In this document: piece after piece, positions 1 to 7,854 of the stretch
Layout of the letters: each line of letters begins with the position of its first letter
How positions within the stretch are numbered: the first letter of the stretch is position 1
Source of the DNA: a bacterium
GTDB lineage: Bacteria; RBG-13-61-14; DATKZS01
DNA: 25,927 nt
Assembly: GCA_046484135.1 (NCBI GenBank)
Contig: JAWOBU010000187.1
Span: 1 to 25,927, forward strand
Direction: 5' to 3'
Made by a program: the position numbers and the translations under genes
Notes under the pieces: generated by a model
Database searches by the model: none
What the model was told of the DNA's origin: nothing
Seen by the model: the letters and a program-made list of their open reading frames with translations, nothing else

Positions 1-80
1 CCACCCGGATGGCGATGCATGCGATCCGGGTGGTCTGCAGGCCGGAGGAGCAGTACCGGGTGATGGTCGCACCAGTAGCA

Positions 81-173
81 ACAATCGTCTGGATTTTTAA
101 TAAAAGGCGGATGATATCCTTTTTCATTAAATTCATCCGATAATTCAAGCACATCTCGCGGACAATATTCCAC
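81..173 (-). pseudogene. Fragment of a 4Fe-4S ferredoxin (2-oxoacid:ferredoxin oxidoreductase delta-subunit-like); probably chimeric contig-end sequence
   Basis: Manual minus-strand translation gives VEYCPRDVLELSDEFNEKGYHPPFIKNPDDC, the CP...NxKGYHP...C segment found between the two cluster motifs of dicluster ferredoxins. An in-frame TAA lies immediately upstream, the flanking CxxCxxC motifs are missing, and the stretch is more AT-rich than the neighbouring genes. Confidence 0.6.
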
Positions 174-211
174 TTACCAATCCAATCCATACCAGCGCAG
201 TTTCTCGAGAT

Positions 212-1099
212 ATGCCGGCGGCCGGTGAAGCCGGCGAAAAACCGGGCGGTTCCGAATCGCCGGTCGAGGTTCGTCTTAAAGACGTGGGAACCATGGTCAC
301 CCGTTTGACCGGACAGTTGGCCCGGAAGGTGAAACCGCCCCTGCAAAGGAAGCCTTCGAGAGGCGGGGCTGTTATTGGGCTGGTGGTCCTGGCCGCGGTC
401 CTGTTCTTTCTTTTTACCTATGAGTGGGACCCGCATGAACGGGCGCAAGAGTACATTGAAGAAGGAAAGCATGAAAAAGCGATAAAGACCTTGAGCGCGA
501 TCACGGAAGACAACCCTCAAGACCACCAGGCCTTTTTCAAACTGGGAGGAGAGTACGCCAGGGCGGGGGACGCAGAAAAGAGCCTGGCCGCCTACTCCGC
601 CGCTCTCGCGCTGAATCCGGACTATAAGAAAAGTCCGAAAATGATAAAAGCGCTACTCCATCTGCCCAGAGGAGAGAAAGCAAAACCGGGGCTAAATTTT
701 ATAATTGATAAAGCAGGAAGCTCTTCAAGCAAGGTGCTGGAAAAAGAACTGACCAACCCCGATTATGATGTGCACTGGAATGCCTATCGAGCGCTCGAGC
801 GCATGGGCACAAGAAAGGACATGCTTCCCCTTTTGATACTCGATCTCGAGACAAACCCCGACTGCGAGATCAGGAAACAGGCCGTGCAAAAGATGGGAGA
901 ACTCCGCGACCGGGACGCACTCCCCGCACTCCAGACCGCCCAAAACAAAAGCCGGAACCAGAAAGGATGTATGGGAGACTCAATCGAAAAAGCCATAGAC
1001 AAGATCAAAAGCTCCCCCAAAAGAAGCTCTTCCGCGTCCGGCTCTAAAGACCCCATCAAGAAGCTGGAGAAAGGACTGAGAAAAATTTTCGACCGCTGA
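212..1099 (+). CDS. Membrane-anchored TPR + HEAT/PBS-lyase repeat protein; N-terminus may be incomplete
   Basis: One hydrophobic helix (AVIGLVVLAAVLFFLF), TPR-like segments (AFFKLGGEYARAGDAEKSLAAYSAALALNPD) and HEAT-like segments (IRKQAVQKMGELRDRDALPAL). The frame stays open upstream to about 131, into the suspect mosaic region. Confidence 0.7.
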   Translation: MPAAGEAGEKPGGSESPVEVRLKDVGTMVTRLTGQLARKVKPPLQRKPSRGGAVIGLVVLAAVLFFLFTYEWDPHERAQEYIEEGKHEKAIKTLSAITEDNPQDHQAFFKLGGEYARAGDAEKSLAAYSAALALNPDYKKSPKMIKALLHLPRGEKAKPGLNFIIDKAGSSSSKVLEKELTNPDYDVHWNAYRALERMGTRKDMLPLLILDLETNPDCEIRKQAVQKMGELRDRDALPALQTAQNKSRNQKGCMGDSIEKAIDKIKSSPKRSSSASGSKDPIKKLEKGLRKIFDR

Positions 1100-1169
1100 C
1101 GGGGCGAGGTAAAAGAACCATCGGCATGAGAGCAGTTTTCATGAGCGGGCCTTTACTGGAGATTTTTTA

Positions 1170-2318
1170 ATGTACCCACATCTTAACGATGAGCACGAGG
1201 CTTTGCGAGACCAGTTGCGCAGGTTCGTGGACCGGGAGATCATGCCTGTTGCCGTTGCGATTGACGAGGACCAGTCCTTTCCCCTGGAGCAGTACCGAAA
1301 GATGGGGGAGCTTGGGTTCCTGGGTTCTTCCGCGTCTCCGGAGTACGGGGGCAGCGGGGCAGATCTTCTTACCACTGCGCTGATCAAGGAAGAGATAGCG
1401 CGTGGCGCTCCCGGTCTTGCCATGAGCGTTAACGTTTGTTCGCTTAACTTCGTCCACACCGTCGAGGTCCTGGGCACGGAGGACCAGAAGAGGAAGTATC
1501 TTCCGGGGGTGATCTCCGGCGACCGGCTTGCGAGCTGGATGCTTTCGGAACCGAACGCGGGCTCGGACTCGCTGGCCTTGACCACCACCGCCCGGCCGGA
1601 GGGAGACCATTACGTGGTGAACGGGACCAAGACGTTTATAACCAACGGTCCTCTTGCGGACTATTTCATCCTGGTGGCCCGGCTTCCGGGCACGGAGCGG
1701 TCCAAGGGCGGAGTTCAGCTTTTGCTGGAGAGGGACATGGAAGGACTCCAGGTGGGCCCCAAGTTCAACAAGCTGGGCATGCGCTGCTCTCCCACCTCCG
1801 AGGTGTTCCTGGACGAGGTGAAGGTCCCGAAGGAGAACCTTTTGGGCACGGAAGGGGAGGGCTTTCCGGAGATGTTCAAGACGTTGAACGCGGAGCGGAG
1901 CATGGGGGCGTCCACCAGCATCGGCATCATGCAGGCGTGCCTGGAAATCTGCACGCGGTACGCAAAGGAGCGGCATCAGTTCGGCCGGCCGATCGGGGAC
2001 TTTCAACTGGTGCAACAGATGCTGGCGGAGATGGCCATGAACCTCGAGCTTTCGCGGTCCTACTGTTACCGCACGGTGCGGCTTGCGGAGGAGGGCAGGG
2101 ACATCGGCAGGGAGGCGGGCATCATCAAGCTGTTCGCTTCGCGGGCGGCGTCCAAAGCCGCCTCGGACGCGGTCCAGATTCACGGCGGTTACGGTTTTAT
2201 AAAGGACTACGATGTGGAGCGTTACTTCCGGGACGCCAAGCTGGGCGAGCTGGGCGGCGGCACCAGCGAGGTTCAGATCAGGCTGATCGCGCGGGACATT
2301 CTAAAGAAAGGGATATGA
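1170..2318 (+). CDS. Acyl-CoA dehydrogenase (isovaleryl-/short-chain acyl-CoA DH family)
   Basis: Family motifs PEYGGSG, LSEPNAGSD, NGTKTFITNG, KLGMRCSPT, RHQFGRPI, QIHGGYG, RYFRDAK and GGTSEVQ; GGAG RBS about 8 nt upstream. Confidence 0.95.
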   Translation: MYPHLNDEHEALRDQLRRFVDREIMPVAVAIDEDQSFPLEQYRKMGELGFLGSSASPEYGGSGADLLTTALIKEEIARGAPGLAMSVNVCSLNFVHTVEVLGTEDQKRKYLPGVISGDRLASWMLSEPNAGSDSLALTTTARPEGDHYVVNGTKTFITNGPLADYFILVARLPGTERSKGGVQLLLERDMEGLQVGPKFNKLGMRCSPTSEVFLDEVKVPKENLLGTEGEGFPEMFKTLNAERSMGASTSIGIMQACLEICTRYAKERHQFGRPIGDFQLVQQMLAEMAMNLELSRSYCYRTVRLAEEGRDIGREAGIIKLFASRAASKAASDAVQIHGGYGFIKDYDVERYFRDAKLGELGGGTSEVQIRLIARDILKKGI

Positions 2319-2398
2319 TGCCTGCTGGAAAGCTCTTTGCTTATGGCGGGAGAGTGCTTGAGCAGGGGCGGGTACTCCGACTCGCGATTATCCGGACT

Positions 2399-2420
2399 TC
2401 GCGGCTAAAGCCGCTCGCAC
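2399..2420 (-). repeat. REP-like palindrome (GTGCGAGCGGCTTTAGCCGCGA)
   Basis: Variant of the 22-mer at 5610 and 22640, with a compensatory change in the stem; lies between convergent genes. Confidence 0.75.
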
Positions 2421-2526
2421 GCAATAGTGTTGCACGTAGCCGCTTGCACGGATGGCTCTTGCACGTATGACGTTCCCGGGTAAGTCTCTCGCCGGATGCT
2501 CTTAACTCTCCGTTCAAAGAAAAGTG

Positions 2527-3822
2527 CTACTTCTCCCGGTAGTAGAGGGTGGTAATGGACTTGTCAAAGTTGACCCTTACCACCCTTACGATCACGGTCT
2601 CGAAGCCGTTGTCGGTCAGTGCGGTTGACCGGATGCGGTAGAAGCGGGGCTGGGTATTGTCTTTTAGTACGAAGGAGCTGAACTTGTCGGTAAGCTGTAG
2701 CATCTCCGGGGGGAGCTTCCGGTTATGGCGGGGCATAAGGGAAGCGGCGTCTTGTTGTTGTTGTTGTTGTTGTTGTTGCTGGTCGTCTCCTGTCGGCTTC
2801 CCGTCAGCCGCGGGGTCCCTTCCATAGAAGTTGGCGGCAATGGTGTCCCTGCATAGCTCCCATGCTTTCTCCTCTCCGACCAGGGGTTCTTCCCCTTCGT
2901 AGGATGCGGCGCGGACCATGGCGTAGCAGACCTCGACCGGACAATGGTCAATGTCTATCCTGTCTTCGAACTTGTGCAGGGTTACGTCGGTGGGATATAC
3001 GGTGAGGAAGTCCTTGACCGCGTTGAACAGCTTGTCGTTCATTTCCGGCAGGTAGCGGAGTTCCTCCACCGAGTCGAGGGGTCCGTTCTTCATGGATATG
3101 ATCTTGTCCTCGTACTCGAAGTAGGACAGCCGGTCCTTGTCAAAGGTCCCGTCCACCATGCCGTAGTCCATGTAGTCCCACAGGTCCTCGAGCATGTACC
3201 TGATGTCGTCGTCCGAGATCAGTATGTCGTTTCTGATGGCCTGGTACCGGAACAGCTCAAAGAGCATGTTATAGACGTCGCGGTCCATCTTGATGTAGGT
3301 CTCTTCCGTGCTTCCGGAGACCACGTCTATCATGCCGTTTACGTTTATCCTGGCCTGCTCGTCCATTATTTGCAGGTCAATGGGGGTCTCGTCCAGCACG
3401 TAGGGTATGGTCAGGCTCCAGACTCCGCAGTTCTGCATCTCTTCGAAGTCTTTCATGGTTTCTTCCTGTTCTTCTTCCTGCTCGCTGGTGAGGCCGAGGG
3501 TGGTTAGCTCGGTGGTCAGGCATTCGTACTTGAAAAGCTGTATCTCTTCGTTATTGAACATGCGATCAAAGGGCTGGGTATGGGCGAGGAGTCCGTCTGC
3601 CGCGTTCTGTCCCGCCTTGGCCACGTATCTTGCCTGGACCTTTTCTTCGTAGTTGTCGGATATAGTTGTGTTGATCCTGAGGTTATACAGAAACTCGGAC
3701 ATGATGACCGCGAGTATGGTTATAAGGAGCAGGACCATAACCAGGGCGGCGCCTTTTTTGCGGCCGGGGCTTTTCCCGCCGGCGAGCAGCCTTGGCATTT
3801 TTTTTGTTGAGTCTTTTCTCAT
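2527..3822 (-). CDS. gspK: Type II secretion minor pseudopilin GspK
   Basis: Atypical prepilin N-terminus KKG-AALVMVLLLI, plus DEQARINVN and NGPLDSVEELRYL motifs. Start placed at the ATG at 3822, which overlaps the gspJ stop (ATGA); last gene of the gsp run. Confidence 0.9.
   Translation of the reverse strand: MRKDSTKKMPRLLAGGKSPGRKKGAALVMVLLLITILAVIMSEFLYNLRINTTISDNYEEKVQARYVAKAGQNAADGLLAHTQPFDRMFNNEEIQLFKYECLTTELTTLGLTSEQEEEQEETMKDFEEMQNCGVWSLTIPYVLDETPIDLQIMDEQARINVNGMIDVVSGSTEETYIKMDRDVYNMLFELFRYQAIRNDILISDDDIRYMLEDLWDYMDYGMVDGTFDKDRLSYFEYEDKIISMKNGPLDSVEELRYLPEMNDKLFNAVKDFLTVYPTDVTLHKFEDRIDIDHCPVEVCYAMVRAASYEGEEPLVGEEKAWELCRDTIAANFYGRDPAADGKPTGDDQQQQQQQQQQDAASLMPRHNRKLPPEMLQLTDKFSSFVLKDNTQPRFYRIRSTALTDNGFETVIVRVVRVNFDKSITTLYYREK
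2752..2781 (-). repeat. CAG(CAA)9 microsatellite encoding a poly-Gln tract in GspK
   Basis: (TTG)9 followed by CTG is visible on the + strand. Confidence 0.9.
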
Positions 3823-4544
3823 CTCGATTGCTGATCCTCGAAGACCTTCTCGTACTCGAACTCGCACTTTAAGCCGGTCATCTGGAGGGGAACGACCATG
3901 GATGTCACTTTTTCCTTCAGGTTTTTGCTTCTCATGCCGAGCTCGACCTTTATGGCGCAGGGCAGTTGGTTTCCGTGGTCAAAGGTTTTCCACTCTTCTC
4001 TCCATTCCCCCTGCTCGTCCAGGTACTCGAGCTTGAAGCGGGTGACATGGTCCGCCAGGGTGTAGACCACTCCTCCCTCCACCTCGAACCGGTCGTTGAT
4101 CTCTCCGCCGGCGCGGATGCGGAGTCTTCGAAGCTGGAGCTTTCCTTCCGGGGTTTCCAGGGGCGGCTCTTCTTCGGTGAACAGGGTTATCTCGGCCAGC
4201 TCCGCCTGCTTGGCGTCAATCTTATAGGTTGAGTAGGCCAGGGTGGTAAAGGTGATGGCGTCATAGGGATTATTGCTTCTGTCGGTGTCATGGGTGGTAA
4301 AGGGGTGGTTTTCATAGTTGGGCGGATGGGGGGACCTGAAAGCGGATTGAATGAGCTTTCTCATCCGGTCCATGCTGAGGTCCACGCTCTGCTGGAGTTC
4401 CATTTGTTCCTGAGCGCCCTCGTTGGCTTCAAAAGCCTGGGTGAGGCTGACCGCGACCAGGCCGAGGCACATGCCTGCTATCCCGAGCGCCACCATGACC
4501 TCGATGAGAGTGAATCCGGCTTTACCTTTGAGTCCTCTCACCAT
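3819..4544 (-). CDS. gspJ: Type II secretion minor pseudopilin GspJ
   Basis: Class III signal G|FTLIEVMVAL; C-terminal W..EW...LP.AIKVEL segment; sits between gspI and gspK. Confidence 0.85.
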   Translation of the reverse strand: MVRGLKGKAGFTLIEVMVALGIAGMCLGLVAVSLTQAFEANEGAQEQMELQQSVDLSMDRMRKLIQSAFRSPHPPNYENHPFTTHDTDRSNNPYDAITFTTLAYSTYKIDAKQAELAEITLFTEEEPPLETPEGKLQLRRLRIRAGGEINDRFEVEGGVVYTLADHVTRFKLEYLDEQGEWREEWKTFDHGNQLPCAIKVELGMRSKNLKEKVTSMVVPLQMTGLKCEFEYEKVFEDQQSR

Positions 4545-4946
4545 TCACTCCAGCCTAAGAGTGCTGAGTTTTACGGACTGCTTATTGTCCTCCGGTCCCC
4601 AGTACACGTACAGGTGGAGCTCCATGGCTTTCAGAGCGGGTATGAACTCCTCCATCATCTGGAGGTCCGGAGTCTTTATGGTCTCCGTCTTCCAGGAGTA
4701 GCGCGGATACTCATCCCCGAAGTCTCCCTCCCGGACCTCTTCGTCCTCGGGGAAGGGAAGCATCTCGAGCTCGGTCATCTTGTCCTGGGCAAGCCGCAGG
4801 GCTTTGGCCCGCCTTTCCGTTTCTTTTGTTATCTCGAAGCCCATGATGATGCGGGCATAGATGGGGACGAGAAACATGGCCAGGATGGCCATTGCCACTA
4901 TGACCTCGAGCAGGGTGAAGCCCGAGTTGCGGTTACCGGTCTTCAT
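4545..4946 (-). CDS. gspI: Type II secretion minor pseudopilin GspI
   Basis: G|FTLLEVIVAMAIL N-methylation motif; A..LAQDKM.ELE and EGDF...Y.W segments; 133 aa; operon position. Confidence 0.85.
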   Translation of the reverse strand: MKTGNRNSGFTLLEVIVAMAILAMFLVPIYARIIMGFEITKETERRAKALRLAQDKMTELEMLPFPEDEEVREGDFGDEYPRYSWKTETIKTPDLQMMEEFIPALKAMELHLYVYWGPEDNKQSVKLSTLRLE

Positions 4947-5499
4947 CCAGTCCCTCCATCCGGAGCCATTCGGCGCGAGAGACCACTCCCGCCAGGATGG
5001 CGGCTTTGCCCACCATGGGCCTGGTAAGAACCGTAAATGCCATCTCCCGGTTCTGGTCGGACAGGTATATCTCCGCTTCTTCCACGTATCCTCCGGGAGT
5101 GAAGTACAGGTATGCTTTGCAGGGGGATTCGCAGGACCGGTCCATGATTCTTATCCTGTCCAGGTAGACGGTGGAAGGCAGGACCCTCTTTTGCAGGATG
5201 TCCGAAGAGGAAGCCACGTACTCCTGTCCAGCTTTTTCCTCGACCCAGTAGACGTGGTTTTCCAGGTCGAACACCATTCGGTGGGGAATCTTGGTCAGCA
5301 CCGCGGTGTTATAGGTTATCCTTATGGTTCCGGCGATCTTCCGGGCGGAGGATTTGAGCTTCACCGTGTCCATAATGCCGATACGGGGCACTACCAGGGC
5401 GGCCATGAGCCCGATTATAAACAGGACCATCAGTATCTCGACGAGGGTGAAGCCAGCCCGGCCGGGTGTGTTTTTCCGGATGTGTTCGGAATGTCTCAA
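4933..5499 (-). CDS. gspH: Type II secretion minor pseudopilin GspH
   Basis: G|FTLVEILMVLFIIG motif and a F.PGG segment typical of GspH/FimT; overlaps the gspI start. The start codon (TTG) is uncertain. Confidence 0.8.
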   Translation of the reverse strand: MRHSEHIRKNTPGRAGFTLVEILMVLFIIGLMAALVVPRIGIMDTVKLKSSARKIAGTIRITYNTAVLTKIPHRMVFDLENHVYWVEEKAGQEYVASSSDILQKRVLPSTVYLDRIRIMDRSCESPCKAYLYFTPGGYVEEAEIYLSDQNREMAFTVLTRPMVGKAAILAGVVSRAEWLRMEGLDEDR

Positions 5500-5550
5500 T
5501 ACTTGCTCCGGTGCGGTTGGCGCAATACTCTTTTCAAAGTAGATTTTACT

Positions 5551-6025
5551 TCACGCAGAGACGCGGAGTCGCAACGGTTATTCTTCTTGTTCAAGTCAAG
5601 GTAATCTCCGTGCGAGCGACTTAAGTCGCGACAAATCTCAGCTCCGTAAGCAAAAAAGCTCTTCCTTCTTTTGGCTCTCCCGGTCTTTGAGTACCTGAAG
5701 GCAATACAGGACAGCTTCCAACCCGCCACCCGGATGGCCCACACAACTTGTTGCGTGGGCAGGCGCGCATAGCGCGCCTGCAAGTACTCTGTAACCGGGC
5801 TTGCATCTGTCTTCCGATCTTGCTCATGTAAAAAAGCAAAAGGTCCCCTCGCTAAAACCTTGCCGAGACCTCTCCCATGATTTTCGATAACCCACACAAC
5901 AAGTTGTGTGGGCCATCCCTGAGGAAAAAGCGGTTCTTTCAAGTACGCGAAAACCTGATGAACCCTTCTTTTTCCGTCGCGTGGTTGCGTTTATTCCCTC
6001 TCCGTACTTTTGCGTCTCTGCGTGA
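5551..6025. repeat. Nested inverted-repeat cassette (REP cluster or MITE-like) in the gspG-gspH spacer
   Basis: Outer IR TCACGCAGAGACGC (5551-5564 / 6012-6025); inner 28-bp IR with 1 mismatch (5732-5759 / 5891-5918); hairpin 5759-5781; REP 5610-5631. Confidence 0.75.
5610..5631 (+). repeat. REP-like palindrome GTGCGAGCGACTTAAGTCGCGA
   Basis: Identical 22-mer at 22640-22661. Confidence 0.85.
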
Positions 6026-6081
6026 GTAGACTCCGTGAGTCCATCACCTATTTGTTGGGACGGCAATGTTTGTGCATTGGT

Positions 6082-6540
6082 TCACCTCTCCGCTTGCAGG
6101 TTCCAGCTTTCTATGTCCGCGTTGTCCCCTTCGCCCCCGTCTTTCCCGTCGGCTCCATAGCTTTCGATGTAGGCTTTTCCGTCTTCGGAGCGGTAGACGT
6201 ACTCGTTTCCCCAGGGGTCGAGGGGGACGTGGTCAATGTATCCTCCGGACTTGTAGTTCCTGGGCACGGGCGGAGAAGTGGGCTCCTGCACCAGGGCCTC
6301 CAGCCCCTGCTCGGTGGTGGGGTAGACGTCGTTGTGCATCTTGTAGAAGTTAAGGGCCTCTTCCAGGGCCTTGATCTGTTGCACCGCGGTCTTGCGCTTG
6401 GCTTCGGACAGGTAGTCCATGACCCCTACGCTGACCACGGTGGCCAGCATGCCTATAATCATGACCACCACCATGATCTCGATCAGGGTAAATCCCTTCC
6501 TGGACTCCTTTTCCCGTGCTTTTTTATGTTTTTTCTTCAT
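6082..6540 (-). CDS. gspG: Type II secretion major pseudopilin GspG
   Basis: G|FTLIEIMVVVMIIG, YPTTEQGLEALV, DPWGNEYVY and SYGADGKDGGEGDNADI. Start placed at the ATG at 6540, which has GGAGG upstream (the ORF track starts at 6576). Confidence 0.95.
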   Translation of the reverse strand: MKKKHKKAREKESRKGFTLIEIMVVVMIIGMLATVVSVGVMDYLSEAKRKTAVQQIKALEEALNFYKMHNDVYPTTEQGLEALVQEPTSPPVPRNYKSGGYIDHVPLDPWGNEYVYRSEDGKAYIESYGADGKDGGEGDNADIESWNLQAER

Positions 6541-6595
6541 CAGCTTTTTCCCTCCTGCCTGCTTTCTTTGCGACAAATTACGTTCATTGATTTTA

Positions 6596-7825
6596 TCATC
6601 CGATCCCGCTGGTGAGGTTCAGTATGGGCATGAGGAACGACAGGATCACGATCACCACCATTCCCGCCAGTACCAGTATCATCATGGGCTCGATCAGGGA
6701 GGTGATGCCTGCAATGGAGTTTTCCACCTCCCGGTCAAAGGCGTCCGCCGCCTTCTGGAGCATGAACTCTAGCTCTCCCGACTGCTCTCCCGAGGCGATC
6801 ATCTGGATGACAAATGGGGGGAAGACCTGGCTTGCTTTCAGGGGCTCTGCTATGGAGGCCCCCTCGGTTATGTTTTCATGCGCGTTGTGGATGGCGTCTC
6901 CCAGTACCCGGTTCCCTACCACCTTCTCCACGATGTTGAGTGATTTCAAGAGGGGTATGCCCGAGCTTAAAAGGGTGGAGAGCGTGCGGCAGAAGCGGCT
7001 TATGGATATCTTGCGGATCAGGCCGCCTATTACGGGAAGGCGCAACTTGAATTTGTCCCACCTTTGCCTTCCCTGGGGCGTCCTTATGCGGTACCTGAAA
7101 AACACCGCTGCTCCCGCCAGTGCGAACAGGAGTAACAGTCCTCCCCATCCCGCGATGAACTGCGAGGTCCCTATCATGATCTTGGTGAGCAGGGGCAGTG
7201 CCTGGTTGGTTTGTTCGAACAGCGAGGAAATTTTGGGGATGACGAAAATGAACATTCCCACCAGGACCAGCAGCATAATGGTAAGGACCATGACCGGGTA
7301 GATGCTTGCCGACTTGATCTTGGACCGGAGATCGGCCTGGCTTTCGGTGAACTCGGCGAGCCTTTGCAGTACGATGTCGAGTGCGCCGGACTGCTCTCCC
7401 GCCTTGACCATGTTTACGTAGAGTTCGGAGAAGATACGGGGGTAGGCCTCCATGGCTTCTCCCAGGGACGCGCCTTCGTTGACCGACTCGCGTACCTCGG
7501 CCAGCACCCGGCTCAGCCGCTGGTTTCCGACCTGCTCCGTTAAAGCGGACAGGGACTGGACCAGGGGAAGGTCGGCGCTGATCATGGTGGCAAGCTGCCT
7601 GGTCATGGCGGACAGGTCCATGGGAGAGACCCTGGTTCGCATCGAGAACAGGCTTTTGGAACTCTTGGCCTCCCGGGCCTTTTCCACGGTCTGGGCAAGC
7701 TCGATGGGGTAGATGTCGCGCTTGCGGAGCTTCTGGCGGGCCACCTTGGCGCTTTCCGCGTCAATAAGCCCGCTTCTCATCTTTTTGTCCCTGGAAGTGT
7801 AACCTTTATAGGCAAATACCGGCAT
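6596..7825 (-). CDS. gspF: Type II secretion inner-membrane platform protein GspF
   Basis: MPVFAYKG start, TRQLATMI, MVKAGEQSGAL, YP, MIASGEQSGEL and SLIEP motifs; three TM segments. Confidence 0.95.
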   Translation of the reverse strand: MPVFAYKGYTSRDKKMRSGLIDAESAKVARQKLRKRDIYPIELAQTVEKAREAKSSKSLFSMRTRVSPMDLSAMTRQLATMISADLPLVQSLSALTEQVGNQRLSRVLAEVRESVNEGASLGEAMEAYPRIFSELYVNMVKAGEQSGALDIVLQRLAEFTESQADLRSKIKSASIYPVMVLTIMLLVLVGMFIFVIPKISSLFEQTNQALPLLTKIMIGTSQFIAGWGGLLLLFALAGAAVFFRYRIRTPQGRQRWDKFKLRLPVIGGLIRKISISRFCRTLSTLLSSGIPLLKSLNIVEKVVGNRVLGDAIHNAHENITEGASIAEPLKASQVFPPFVIQMIASGEQSGELEFMLQKAADAFDREVENSIAGITSLIEPMMILVLAGMVVIVILSFLMPILNLTSGIG

Positions 7826-7854
7826 TTCTTAAAGAAGTCCTTGAAGGTTGGAGT

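Noticed and set aside
1..13. 13-nt match CCACCCGGATGGC between the window start and 5726-5738
   Set aside because: Too short to separate from chance or a shared repeat end, and it lies in suspect contig-end sequence.
174..212. Minus-strand peptide YLEKLRWYGLDW* resembling a glutamyl-tRNA synthetase or Fis-type tail
   Set aside because: Only 12 residues; cannot be assigned with confidence.
1167..2183. 338-aa minus-strand ORF
   Set aside because: Antisense to the well-supported acyl-CoA dehydrogenase.
2409..2465. Mini CRISPR array
   Set aside because: Repeat units are 5-7 nt with a period of about 15 nt, and there are no cas genes.
5496..5942. 148-aa ORF (and overlapping short ORFs) in the gspG-gspH gap as an extra gene or transposase
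   Set aside because: No pilin, HUH or DDE motif is recognisable, and the translation runs through palindromic repeats; most likely spurious.
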